64,000 nt of DNA, taken from assembly GCA_045121195.1 (NCBI GenBank), contig JBGVFO010000044.1, positions 3,899-67,898 on the forward strand, read 5' to 3'. Below are positions 1-9,600 of this stretch, piece after piece (positions within the stretch are counted from its first letter, which is position 1; each line of letters opens with the position of its first letter). The position numbers and the translations under genes were made by a program. The notes under the pieces were generated by a model. That model saw nothing but the letters and a program-made list of their open reading frames with translations. It was not told the origin of the DNA and made no database searches. This DNA comes from Eubacteriales bacterium. GTDB lineage: Bacteria > Bacillota > Clostridia > Oscillospirales > CAG-272.

Positions 1-2430
1 TTCGTCGTGCAGGGTGAAGCCGATGCCGACCGTGGGGGCAAACTGGATCTTCTCCTTCTTGAAGGAGGTGTTGAATTTTCTTCCCGCGCCATAAAGGAAG
101 CAGACGGGGAATTCCAATCCCTTGGAGTGGTGGATGGAGATCAGACGAACGGCGTCAAGATTGGATTCGCCGTCTTCATTTGTGATCTTGGTGCCTGCTT
201 CGATCACCTGGTTGATATAGCGGATAAATCCGTAAAGACCGCGGAATCCACCCGATTCAAAGCCCCGTGCATATTCATACAGACGAAGCAGATTGCTCTC
301 GCGGGCGTCCTGCATCGCAAGGACGGCAAAATCACGGTACAGCTCCCGAAGAAGACGGTCTACGGGAAGGGCGCGCGCCCGTTCCCTCCAATAGGAAAGG
401 GAGTCGAGAAAGGCACAGCATTTTGCGGCAAGCCCGTCCTTGTTCTCGGCGTATGCCGTGAGTGCGTCAAAGAGGGATACCGTATCCTCCGTGCCGTGAC
501 GGAGCGTGACAAGATCGTCTAGGGTGAAGCCGTAGAAGGGAGAGCAGAGTGCGCCCGTCAGAGGAATGTCGCGCTGGGGGTTGTCGATGGTGGAAAGCAG
601 GGAAAGAAGAAGCAGAACGTCCGGATTTTCAAAGAAGTTTCTTTCCTCGGAGCTGCAGGCGGGAATTCCCTCGCGAAGAAGGGTATCCATAAGATCCGCC
701 ATAGGGCGCTTGCTTCTCATAAGGATAGCAATATCAGCAGGGCGGATAGGGGAGCCATCCGCCTTTGTCATGGTGAGAAGCCTTTTGATCTCATTTACGA
801 TGTAGCGTGCTTCATCGTCTTTCCCGGCGGCAACCTCGTTTTTCTCTTCCTCCTCTTGCGGCGGCTGTGCTACCGCAACCACAACCTTGGGGGATCGATA
901 GCCTTCATGGGGGATCGCCTTGGAAAAGATCAGATCGTCCTTCTTGGAATATTCAATGCTTTCCCCGCAATTTTTGAAAAGATAGGAGGAAACCAGGTTG
1001 GAGAAGCGGATAATGCTTTCGTCACAACGGAAATTGTTCGACATAAAGATGGAGCAGGCATCGGCGTCTTCCGTTCCGAGAAGGGGCATTTTTCGCTTGT
1101 AGGAGGCAAAGATCGTGGGCTCCGCGCCGCGGAAGCTGTAGATGCTTTGCTTGATGTCGCCGACCATAAAGCGGTTGGTAGGCTTGGCGATGGTGCTGAA
1201 GATGAGATCCTGCACCTCGTCGGTGTCCTGATACTCGTCGATGTAGATCTCGTCAAAGCGCTCGCGAAGATCCAGCGCCAAGGGGGTTGCGTTGCCGTCC
1301 TTGTCGATGATCAGCTCCATTACGAAGCGGCGAATGTCCGAGAACACGCAAATGCCACGCTGGAGCTTTTCCCGCGCCAGCCTTTGGTCGAAGGCGGAAA
1401 GAAAGCGGTGTGCTACGTGACAAACGTCCGCCGTTGCCTCCATATGAGAGGCGATCTCCTCGGGCGTATAGTCGAAAAATTCAGCCTTCATGGTACGAAG
1501 CAGCTTGTGGGCGTCGGTTCGCAGATCCTTGAGGCGAACGGTATACTCGTCGCAGTCGCTCACCTTTTTCAGAGCTACCGCCTTGTAAGCGAGGAGGTAT
1601 TCTCTTGCCTCGGCGTAGCGGTTTTCCTTTACCAGCTGAAGCGCCGTTTCCGCGGTGACGCGGTCGTGACGGAAGGAGGGGAGATATTTTTCGGAGAGCA
1701 GGGGATCGTTTTCAAAATAGTCCTCCGCCGTTTGCATCGTATTCCGAATATATGAAAGGGTGGCGCAGATCTCCTCCTGTGCCGCTTTTCCGTAAGGCGT
1801 TTCAAAGAAATCGCGGGCAACGGAGTCGCGGAGCTGTCTTTCGCAGGCGGTGAGCATATTCACGCCGTCGCGGAAGGATAGAAGGGTTTCATAGATGGAG
1901 ATGAAAATATCCGCCACGCGATCGGTGCTTCGGATATCGGCAAAGTGGTCGACAAAATCCTCAAACGCGGGATCGGCGGTATAGAATTCGTCTATGGTAT
2001 CCTCCATAACCGAACGGTAAAGGAGCGCCATTTCCGACGTTTCCGCAATGCGGAGATTTCCGGGAAGCCCCAGCTTTTGGAAATTGCCCTTCAGAATATC
2101 GTAGTAAAAGGAGTCAATGGTACAGATGGTGGCGCTTCCCAGAAGCATGATCTGAGAGGCGAGATGACGGTTGGTGGGATCCTTTGCCAGCGCGTTTGCC
2201 AGCGCCTTGGAGATCTTGGTTTTGAGATCGGAGGCGGCAGCTCTCGTAAAGGTGACCACCAGAAGACGGGAAAGATCGGCGGGATCGTTTTCGCGGGTAA
2301 GGCTTTGGATAATGCGCTCGGTCAGCGTCGCGGTCTTACCGGAGCCGGCGGCGGCACTGACAAGAAGCGTCTTGCCTCGCGTGTTGATCGCGGAGAGCTG
2401 GGCGTCTGTCCAGGTATGTGTATTTGCCAT
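1..2430 (-). CDS. addA: ATP-dependent helicase/nuclease subunit A (AddA), N-terminal about 810 codons; C-terminus lies beyond the window start
   Basis: Reverse-strand ATG at 2430 follows AGGAGAAG. Translation MANTHTWTDAQLSAINTRGKTLLVSAAAGSGKTATLTERII has a UvrD-type Walker A. The frame stays open to position 1, so it is absent from the ORF track (no stop in window). It starts 18 nt downstream of addB. Confidence 0.9.
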   Translation of the reverse strand, partial: MANTHTWTDAQLSAINTRGKTLLVSAAAGSGKTATLTERIIQSLTRENDPADLSRLLVVTFTRAAASDLKTKISKALANALAKDPTNRHLASQIMLLGSATICTIDSFYYDILKGNFQKLGLPGNLRIAETSEMALLYRSVMEDTIDEFYTADPAFEDFVDHFADIRSTDRVADIFISIYETLLSFRDGVNMLTACERQLRDSVARDFFETPYGKAAQEEICATLSYIRNTMQTAEDYFENDPLLSEKYLPSFRHDRVTAETALQLVKENRYAEAREYLLAYKAVALKKVSDCDEYTVRLKDLRTDAHKLLRTMKAEFFDYTPEEIASHMEATADVCHVAHRFLSAFDQRLAREKLQRGICVFSDIRRFVMELIIDKDGNATPLALDLRERFDEIYIDEYQDTDEVQDLIFSTIAKPTNRFMVGDIKQSIYSFRGAEPTIFASYKRKMPLLGTEDADACSIFMSNNFRCDESIIRFSNLVSSYLFKNCGESIEYSKKDDLIFSKAIPHEGYRSPKVVVAVAQPPQEEEEKNEVAAGKDDEARYIVNEIKRLLTMTKADGSPIRPADIAILMRSKRPMADLMDTLLREGIPACSSEERNFFENPDVLLLLSLLSTIDNPQRDIPLTGALCSPFYGFTLDDLVTLRHGTEDTVSLFDALTAYAENKDGLAAKCCAFLDSLSYWRERARALPVDRLLRELYRDFAVLAMQDARESNLLRLYEYARGFESGGFRGLYGFIRYINQVIEAGTKITNEDGESNLDAVRLISIHHSKGLEFPVCFLYGAGRKFNTSFKKEKIQFAPTVGIGFTLHDE

Positions 2431-2448
2431 AGTCACTTCTCCTTTCTC

Positions 2449-5400
2449 TTAAAACTCTTGTACGGATCCGTTCGTCGCATCCGCGCGGCAGATCATTCGC
2501 ATTTTACAGTAGGTGCAGGGCGCGTCCTCAAGAGAGGGATCGCAGGTAAGGGCGCTTCCCGATTTCATTTCCAGGGCAATATTTCGGATGGTCTCGTGGA
2601 GCTCCTCCTCAAGACTTGTCAGTCCCTGCTCGGTGATCAGCGCGTTTCCCGAGACCCCGTCGTCCTTGACGGTAATGCCAGCCAAAAGCTTTTTGTCGTG
2701 GCTTCTGCTGACGGCGTCAAGCACCTCGTCGCGATCCAAAAGGATTCCCGAGCGCTTCATCTCGGCGCCCGCAAGACGGAGGACGTCCTGCGCTTCCGTT
2801 TTGCGATCCAGCTTCAGGGTGGAAAAGGCGGTGGACATATACAGCGCACCCGCGGGGGCGAGGGTCGCGTCGGGCGCGACCTTCAGCTTTTCCCGAAGCG
2901 TGGGGGAGGTATTGCCGCAAACGGCAAACAGATACAAAAGCAACTGAGTATTCAGTCCCTTTTTGATGTCCTTGAGAGAGAACTGCTTGCTTCCCGTTTT
3001 GTAATCGACGACCTTGACGTAAACGCGATCGTCGGTGCGGAATACGTCAATTCGGTCCACGACGCCGTAGAGGCAGACGCGGCTACCGTCTTCCAGCTCA
3101 ATGGTGGGAGGCTCGATGCCGCCCCGACCGATCCTCTCCTCAAAGAGGGCAGGGACGAAGTCGCTGTCCTTGAATTCGCGGTAAAGATCCAGCGCGATGG
3201 CGACGGCAAGTCGGGAAAGGCGGGCGAAAAGATGCGCAAGACGGGCGCCGAGGGCGGTCTTGCCGTGGTTGATCTCGGCAATATATCGCTCGGTCTCCCG
3301 AATGACCAGCGTGCGGATCTCCTCAAAGGTAACGTCGGCGCGAAGACCGTTTTCATCGGTCACCGCCTTCATAAACACCTCAAGAATGCGGTGGATCAAG
3401 GAGCCGGAGTCGGAAAAACGGAAGCCTGCCTGTCCGTTCTCCATCAGCTTCAGGACATAATTGCAATAATAGGAAAACTGGCAGGATACGTATTTATCGA
3501 TACGGGACTGCGTAAGACTTATGTTGTCCCCAAAGATCTGCTTTGCGGTGTCCTTTGTTACGGAGCAGGAGCGGTTGCTTACGGGAAGACGGCTTCGCTC
3601 CAGCAGAGTCGCGTAGCGCGGATTTTCGGAAAGAACGGCGATGAGAGACTCATACAGATCGGTGTTCCTCAAGGAGGGAAGCGCTTCAAAGGCAAGCTCG
3701 GGACACATCAGCCGATGGGCGGCGTTCGTGTTGCCGTATTCCTCTACCGCCACGTGGGGAAGAAGCTCACAGATTCGCCGAACAGCAAGGGAGGGGTAGC
3801 AAGCCTTTCCCGAGGCATCGGTATCGTGATACATCACGACCATCTTTTCCGAGGGCAGGGTCATAGCCCGATAGCAGTAGAGGAGCTCCTCCGTGGCACT
3901 GTCCCTCTTGTCGCCGGACAGGGAGATGCCAAGATCGGAGAGTGCCTTTCGGTCGTTGTCGGAGAAGAAGCCGCGATCCGAGGTGCGGGCAGGAAATTCT
4001 CCGTCGCATACGCCAAGAAGGATGGCGCAACGGATGCCGCCTGCGCGAAGCATGGAGGCAGAGCCGATCACCACCTCGTCGGCGGCGGTGGGAATGGAGC
4101 CGATCTCGGTGTTGTTCAGTACCAGACGGAGGGCGGTCGCAAATTCCTCAAGGGACATTTTCTCGTCGCCGACGGTGGAGGAGATTTTGGCGAGAACGTC
4201 GATTACGGAACGGAAGGTAGCGGCGGTTTCCGCAGCCTCTTTCTTATCGCCTCTCTGCATAGCGCGAAGGGAAAATTCCTTCATGCGCTCGGCGACGTTC
4301 ATAGCTTCAAGGAATCGGCGGAGTGCTTCGCAAAGCTCGCGTACCGTTTCGGCGGCACCCAGATGCAAAAACAGCTCCAGCAGGGGGGCGGTCACTTCAT
4401 TTTTTACTCGATTTGCCGTTTCCAGCATTTCTTTACCGCGCTCGGACATAGGGGCGGTATAGCCCTCGGGATTCATGACCCAAAGGTCCTCAAAAAATTT
4501 CGCGCCGTTTATGTTCCAGATGCTGACGTAATTTTCGAAAACGTCTGCTTCTCTGGGCGAAATATAAGGAATTCCCGTTTTTACGTACGCCATTACGTCG
4601 TTCATTCTCCAATTTCGCACCTTGATATTGATTGCCGCAAGGAGCATGGCGACCAGAGGCTTTGTGGGAAGGTCGGTCTTTTCCGAGAAGAAGAAGGGGA
4701 TCTCCGCTTTTTCGAAGGCAGAGTCAATAATACCGCGATAGGTATCTGCGTTGCGTGCGATGACGGCGATCTCGCGGCGCCGATAGCCTTGGCGGAGAAG
4801 AGAAAGGACCGTGTTGGCGGCGGCTTCCGCTTCCTCATACGGCGTCGCGCACCGAAGGATCGAAACCGCACCTTGCTCCGACTCGGGAATTTCGGGAAGC
4901 GTTTTTGCCGTTGTCTCAAATTGCCAAAGGGCTTGTCCGATACGGCAAAGCTCGGGCGAAGAAAAGCGGTGGAAGGTATCCAGCAGGATAAGCTCCGTGT
5001 CCTTGCCCGCCTCGTTCATCAAACGCTTTGCGGTTTCCTTGATGCTGGAGAGGGCGATGGCGTCGGAATGGGGGGAATCAATGCCAAGCGTTACGGTTAC
5101 GTTGTCAGCCTGGGCAAACAGTCTGCAAAGGATACGGTATTCCTGCGCCGTAAAGCTGGTAAAGGAGTCTATGTAAATATTGTATCCGTTAAAATAGCGG
5201 TGCTTTTCGAGAAGATCGGCAAGCTTTCCAAGGTCGTCGGCGTTGTCGTCGAAGGCGTTGCTGACCATGCCCTCGTAGGCGGCATAGATCAAGGAAAGAT
5301 CATCCAGCTTTGCGCGCAGGGCACTACCGTCGGGAAGCTTGTTCACGGCGTTTGAGAGCGCTACGGGGCTTACGTTGTATGCCTTGAATTCGTGTATTTG

Positions 5401-5766
5401 CGAGAGCATCATGGCGGGGAGCGCCGTGTCGGTTGAGGCGCGCGCGCCGTATTCGGTCAGCATTCCCGTAAGCTCGCGAAGGGTCTGCCACATAAGAAGA
5501 TGCTTGATTCCGGGCGTGATATAGTGATAGGAGAGCCCGCCGAACACGCGGAACAGCTTGTTGGCAAGACGGGTAAAGTTCAACACCTCAAAGGTCAGCT
5601 GAGCGGAGGCGGGAAGAAGGGAGAGCATAGTGCGCTCCGCCTCGACAGTTTGCTGCTCGGGGACGATGAGAAGGGACTGCTTGCCATTCTCAGCGTCTTC
5701 TTTGATTTTTTCGGTGATCCAGGCGGTCTTGCCTGTTCCGGGAAGACCAAAAACAAAACGAATCAT
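2449..5766 (-). CDS. addB: ATP-dependent helicase/nuclease subunit B (AddB/RexB)
   Basis: 1105 aa. N-terminal GLPGTGKT P-loop. C-terminal Cys cluster (CTYCKMRMIC) typical of the AddB Fe-S nuclease domain. Sits immediately upstream of addA. Confidence 0.9.
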   Translation of the reverse strand: MIRFVFGLPGTGKTAWITEKIKEDAENGKQSLLIVPEQQTVEAERTMLSLLPASAQLTFEVLNFTRLANKLFRVFGGLSYHYITPGIKHLLMWQTLRELTGMLTEYGARASTDTALPAMMLSQIHEFKAYNVSPVALSNAVNKLPDGSALRAKLDDLSLIYAAYEGMVSNAFDDNADDLGKLADLLEKHRYFNGYNIYIDSFTSFTAQEYRILCRLFAQADNVTVTLGIDSPHSDAIALSSIKETAKRLMNEAGKDTELILLDTFHRFSSPELCRIGQALWQFETTAKTLPEIPESEQGAVSILRCATPYEEAEAAANTVLSLLRQGYRRREIAVIARNADTYRGIIDSAFEKAEIPFFFSEKTDLPTKPLVAMLLAAINIKVRNWRMNDVMAYVKTGIPYISPREADVFENYVSIWNINGAKFFEDLWVMNPEGYTAPMSERGKEMLETANRVKNEVTAPLLELFLHLGAAETVRELCEALRRFLEAMNVAERMKEFSLRAMQRGDKKEAAETAATFRSVIDVLAKISSTVGDEKMSLEEFATALRLVLNNTEIGSIPTAADEVVIGSASMLRAGGIRCAILLGVCDGEFPARTSDRGFFSDNDRKALSDLGISLSGDKRDSATEELLYCYRAMTLPSEKMVVMYHDTDASGKACYPSLAVRRICELLPHVAVEEYGNTNAAHRLMCPELAFEALPSLRNTDLYESLIAVLSENPRYATLLERSRLPVSNRSCSVTKDTAKQIFGDNISLTQSRIDKYVSCQFSYYCNYVLKLMENGQAGFRFSDSGSLIHRILEVFMKAVTDENGLRADVTFEEIRTLVIRETERYIAEINHGKTALGARLAHLFARLSRLAVAIALDLYREFKDSDFVPALFEERIGRGGIEPPTIELEDGSRVCLYGVVDRIDVFRTDDRVYVKVVDYKTGSKQFSLKDIKKGLNTQLLLYLFAVCGNTSPTLREKLKVAPDATLAPAGALYMSTAFSTLKLDRKTEAQDVLRLAGAEMKRSGILLDRDEVLDAVSRSHDKKLLAGITVKDDGVSGNALITEQGLTSLEEELHETIRNIALEMKSGSALTCDPSLEDAPCTYCKMRMICRADATNGSVQEF

Positions 5767-5779
5767 AGTATCTCCTTTA

Positions 5780-6424
5780 TCAGTATATGAAAATCAGTTG
5801 CTTGATCAGGGGGAGGAGGACGTGTTGTCTCAAGGAAAAAAAGTAATGTCTGCGGACGAGATAGACGTTGCTTTTCTCGGCACGCAGGTTGAAATAAAAG
5901 CGCTTTCCTCCGGGGCCCTTTGCGGAAAGAAAATAGGGGGAAACCACAATGACGCACGCATCGCGACGCAAGGCGAGATCAAGGACGTTTGCCAGCCAGA
6001 AGGCGCCGCGTGCAAATTCACGGCGCTGGGGAAACACAACGTAGATCTTTTTCCCGAAAAGGCGCTCTGCCATACGCGCGTTGACCTCTCTGTAGCGGAG
6101 AGGCGCCGACGCGGCGAGGGAAAAGACCGCGATCACGAAAACGGGGATCAGGAAGACGGCAAGGGCTACCGCCGCGTACAGTAAGGTGTTCGTGCTGATC
6201 AGAAGAAGGATCCACGGAAGCAGTCGGACCGCCGTGGTAACAAAGCGAAATCGGCGAAAAAATCTGACGTATTTTTCCCACAGCCGGAACAGGCGTGAGC
6301 TCTTGAAAAGTCCGACGGAGAAGGAAAAGTAGCTTTGTCGCTCGGACAAATGGCTGAAGGTTCTTCGGAAAATGAGGTCGTCCTCATATCTCCTCGTTGG
6401 CTTTCTTCGGCGTAGCGCTCTCAT
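5780..6424 (-). CDS. hypothetical membrane protein
   Basis: 214-aa ORF with two clear hydrophobic helices (LLPWILLLISTNTLLYAAVALAVFLIPVFVIAVFSLAA). Lies between queG-like and addB on the same strand. The annotated ATG overlaps the upstream gene by 41 nt, so the start is uncertain. Confidence 0.45.
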   Translation of the reverse strand: MRALRRRKPTRRYEDDLIFRRTFSHLSERQSYFSFSVGLFKSSRLFRLWEKYVRFFRRFRFVTTAVRLLPWILLLISTNTLLYAAVALAVFLIPVFVIAVFSLAASAPLRYREVNARMAERLFGKKIYVVFPQRREFARGAFWLANVLDLALRRDACVIVVSPYFLSAKGPGGKRFYFNLRAEKSNVYLVRRHYFFSLRQHVLLPLIKQLIFIY

Positions 6425-7253
6425 TGCTTTGCTCCGTTACCGATAGATTGCGGAGGATGACGTGACGTCCGCGCCAGGCATAGGCGCGCTCGGAGAAGCT
6501 CTCGTCGGTCATGTCTTGGATCCGCCGGTATGTAAGAGCGGGAATGGGGTTTTCGTGGAAAAAGGGAATGGGTGAGGTTACCGTTCCGTTTCGTATTGCT
6601 CGTTTTGTGTGGGGACAGACCTCCTGACAGCGGTCGCAGCCCCAGACCGAGCCGAGGTCGGCGAGCTGCTTTCGTTCTCCGGCGGAAAGCTCGCCCTTCC
6701 TCTGTGTCAGGGCGGACAGGCATTCGGCGGTTTCTCCGCGCAGCATAGGACACGCAGAACGGCACGCGCCGCAGTCCTCACAAAGCGGAGGTGTGTCGGG
6801 AACGGAAAGTGCCAAAGGGGGAGGGGCGCTTGTGATCAGCTCTGCGAGGAAAACGTACGAGCCGTATGCTTCGGTGATCAGAAGTCCGTTTCTTCCGAGA
6901 ACGCCGAGCCCTGCCCGCGCCGCCGCGTTCCTCTCGTCAATAGGCGAGTGGTCGGAGAACATAGCGAAGCGCAAAGAAGGATATTTTTTCCGTAAAACGG
7001 GAAGGATCCGCTCGGATAATTGCTCGACGAACAGATGATAGTCCCGACCTACCGCATAGCGCGAGCAATTCCGTTCGGGGACTTCGCAGGCAGGGGTATG
7101 ATAGGGAATGGCAAAGAGCACGGCGGTGCCGTCGCAGCCGATGCCCACACGGTCCAGCAGATAGGGACGGGGAATCAGACAATCCGCAAGGGCAATGGGC
7201 GCGGAAAGCGCAATGCCGTTTTGCAGAAGCAGCGTTTTTATTTCATTCAGCAT
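6384..7253 (-). CDS. queG: epoxyqueuosine reductase-like 4Fe-4S protein (short QueG form)
   Basis: Motifs YAVGRDYH, GLGVLGRNGLLITEAYGSYVFLAELIT, CEDCGACRSACP and CDRCQEVCP match the QueG family as I recall it. I chose ATG 7253 (MLNEIK) because GGAGGG lies upstream; the track start at 7343 adds 30 poorly supported residues. Confidence 0.65.
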   Translation of the reverse strand: MLNEIKTLLLQNGIALSAPIALADCLIPRPYLLDRVGIGCDGTAVLFAIPYHTPACEVPERNCSRYAVGRDYHLFVEQLSERILPVLRKKYPSLRFAMFSDHSPIDERNAAARAGLGVLGRNGLLITEAYGSYVFLAELITSAPPPLALSVPDTPPLCEDCGACRSACPMLRGETAECLSALTQRKGELSAGERKQLADLGSVWGCDRCQEVCPHTKRAIRNGTVTSPIPFFHENPIPALTYRRIQDMTDESFSERAYAWRGRHVILRNLSVTEQSNESATPKKANEEI

Positions 7254-7442
7254 AGGATCCCTCCTTCCCGATCTTCTTCTGTTATATCTATTATACCATA
7301 TTCTTGCGTCACAATTATACCATATTGCGGTGGAAAATGCCATTCCTCTGTGAATTTTTCAAAATAAATTTTTATTCTTCAAAAAACTGTCACAATCAAG
7401 GTGTATAATGAGCCCGTAAACCAAAGGAAAGGCGGTTGACGT

Positions 7443-8780
7443 ATGAACCAAAATAATTTTGACAACAATTCGTCGGGACAAAACCCCTTTGACGGATATG
7501 ACGTATATTCCAAGCAGTACACACCCAACAAGGAGGGCTATTCCGAGCATAAGCAGCATCGGGGAGGTACCTCGGGGCGAAGCAAGGGAAGAAAACTCAG
7601 AGTCCTTGCCGTGATCTGCATTACGCTGGCGTTTGTACTCCTTTGCTCCGTTGCGGCGGTAATTTCGGCAAAGGTGGCGTTTTCTTATTACAGCAGCCGC
7701 TTTGAGAAAGAGCAGGCGGCACAGGACGCAGAGCGGGAAACCGAGGGGAAGGATACGCAAAGGCTTCCCGCAGAGGAGGCCGATCCGCCGTCCGAAACGG
7801 AAAATTTCTTTTTCTCCTCGGACGAGGACACCGAGATCAAGCTGTCCGACTCTCCCGCCATTCCCGTTGACGGCCAGGTAGGGGATCCCGATCTTACCAA
7901 GGCAGAGGTGGCGGCTCTCGTGGCGGCTTCCGTGGTAGAGATCACGACCTCTGAGACCCATTGGAACGGGCTGGCATATCAGAGCGGCGCGGGAAGCGGC
8001 GTCATCGTAAACGCCAGCGGTGTGATCATTACCAACAATCACGTGATCGAGGCGGCAACCAATATTTCGGTTCGTCTGACCAACGGTAACGTGTATAAGG
8101 CACTTCTCGTTGCAACCGATGCCGAGACCGATATTGCCGTTCTCAAGATTGAGCCGAATGAGGAGCTGACGGTTGCCGTTCGCGGAAACAGTGACAACAT
8201 TACGGTCGGTGAGGAGGTGCTTGCCATTGGCAATCCTCTCGGCGTTCTCGGCGGGACGGTGACCGACGGCATCATCAGCGCTCTTGGCCGCGAGGTGACG
8301 GTAGAGGGCGAAACCATGACGCTTCTTCAGCATAATGCCGCCATCAGTCCCGGTAACTCGGGCGGCGCGCTTTTCAATATGCGCGGCGAGCTGATCGGTA
8401 TCGTAAACGCTAAATATTCCAGTAGCGGCGCCGAGGGGCTTGGCTTTGCCATTCCCATGAACACCGTGATGGAGGTGTATGAGGATCTTTGCGAGTTTGG
8501 CTACGTAAAGGGACGCGCCGATCACGGCCTTACCATTACGACGGATCGTTATTATATCTTCCAGGGCTATCTCTACATTTACAGCTCCCGTTATACCGAT
8601 GAGCTGCAATACGGAGATCGCTTGCTGGCGATCGGGGACGAGTATCCCACAACGGTTGACGAAGCATACGCCATGCTCGATCAATACGAGATCGGCGACA
8701 CGGTTGAGATCACCGTTATCAGAAACGGAAAGCAGGTCAAGGTAAGTCTTGCCATCCGTGAATACGAGCCACAATCTTAA
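7443..8780 (+). CDS. htrA: HtrA/DegP-family trypsin-like serine protease, membrane anchored, C-terminal PDZ-like region
   Basis: 445 aa. N-terminal TM helix (VLAVICITLAFVLLCSVAAVI). Catalytic-region motifs TNNHVI, DIAVLKI and GNSGGALFN. Confidence 0.85.
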   Translation: MNQNNFDNNSSGQNPFDGYDVYSKQYTPNKEGYSEHKQHRGGTSGRSKGRKLRVLAVICITLAFVLLCSVAAVISAKVAFSYYSSRFEKEQAAQDAERETEGKDTQRLPAEEADPPSETENFFFSSDEDTEIKLSDSPAIPVDGQVGDPDLTKAEVAALVAASVVEITTSETHWNGLAYQSGAGSGVIVNASGVIITNNHVIEAATNISVRLTNGNVYKALLVATDAETDIAVLKIEPNEELTVAVRGNSDNITVGEEVLAIGNPLGVLGGTVTDGIISALGREVTVEGETMTLLQHNAAISPGNSGGALFNMRGELIGIVNAKYSSSGAEGLGFAIPMNTVMEVYEDLCEFGYVKGRADHGLTITTDRYYIFQGYLYIYSSRYTDELQYGDRLLAIGDEYPTTVDEAYAMLDQYEIGDTVEITVIRNGKQVKVSLAIREYEPQS

Positions 8781-8787
8781 ATATGGA

Positions 8788-8822
8788 GAAAAGCCGCGGA
8801 CAATAAATTTTCGCGGCTTTTC
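8788..8822 (+). terminator. intrinsic terminator after htrA
   Basis: GAAAAGCCGCG ... CGCGGCTTTTC inverted repeat ending in a T-rich run. Confidence 0.6.
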
Positions 8823-8889
8823 GCAAAGGCATTGCAAAAACGGGCAAAATATTATATAATATACATATTCTGAAAGGAAGGGGAAAGCG

Positions 8890-9579
8890 ATGTATCACAT
8901 TCTGGTGGTGGACGACGAGGTCAGGATCCGAAGTATGATCCGAAAGTATGCCGAGTTCGAGGGGCATACCGTTACCGAAGCAGGCGACGGCATGCAGGCG
9001 GTGCTTTTGGTAAGAGAAGGCGGATACGACATCGTAATTATGGATATTATGATGCCGGAGCTTGACGGCTTTTCCGCGTGCCGCGAGATCAGAAAGCGGT
9101 CGCAAATTCCTATCATTATGCTTTCCGCGCGCGGCGAGGAGTATGATCGGATCAACGGCTTTGAGGTCGGCATTGACGATTACGTGGTCAAGCCCTTCTC
9201 GCCCAAGGAGCTGATGCTTCGGGTCGAGGCGGTCATGAAGCGGACCAGACGGGGAACCGAAAAGACGGGGCAGGTTAACGAGATCGTTGAGCTTGACGGA
9301 GGCGGACTTCGCGCTGACCTTACGGCACGTATCGTCTGGGTGGACGGGGAACGGGTAGAAATGTCCCCCAAGGAGTACGATCTATTTTTCTACCTGCTGA
9401 CCAATAAAAATATTGCGTTGTCAAGAGAAAAGCTGCTCTCCGAGGTATGGGGATATGACTTTTACGGCGACGCGAGGACGCTTGACACACACATCAAGCT
9501 TTTGAGAAAAAGCCTTGGCAGATATGCGGATCGCATCGTGACGCTTCGCGGAATCGGCTATCGGTTTGAGGGAAGATAA
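8890..9579 (+). CDS. OmpR/PhoB-family response regulator
   Basis: 229 aa. Receiver domain (ILVVDDE ... DIVIMDIMMPELDG ... KPF) plus winged-helix C-terminus (LRGIGYRF). Confidence 0.9.
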   Translation: MYHILVVDDEVRIRSMIRKYAEFEGHTVTEAGDGMQAVLLVREGGYDIVIMDIMMPELDGFSACREIRKRSQIPIIMLSARGEEYDRINGFEVGIDDYVVKPFSPKELMLRVEAVMKRTRRGTEKTGQVNEIVELDGGGLRADLTARIVWVDGERVEMSPKEYDLFFYLLTNKNIALSREKLLSEVWGYDFYGDARTLDTHIKLLRKSLGRYADRIVTLRGIGYRFEGR

Positions 9580-9600
9580 CGAAAGCAAAGGAGGCGCGAT

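Noticed and set aside
1945-5355. 1136-aa plus-strand ORF covering most of the addB region
   Set aside because: It is antisense to a gene with clear AddB motifs. The translation is low-complexity Gly/Arg/Ala-rich with no recognisable domain, typical of a shadow ORF in G+C-rich DNA.
7359-8837. 492-aa minus-strand ORF opposite htrA
   Set aside because: The plus-strand product has the serine-protease catalytic motifs (GNSGGAL). The minus-strand product has none.
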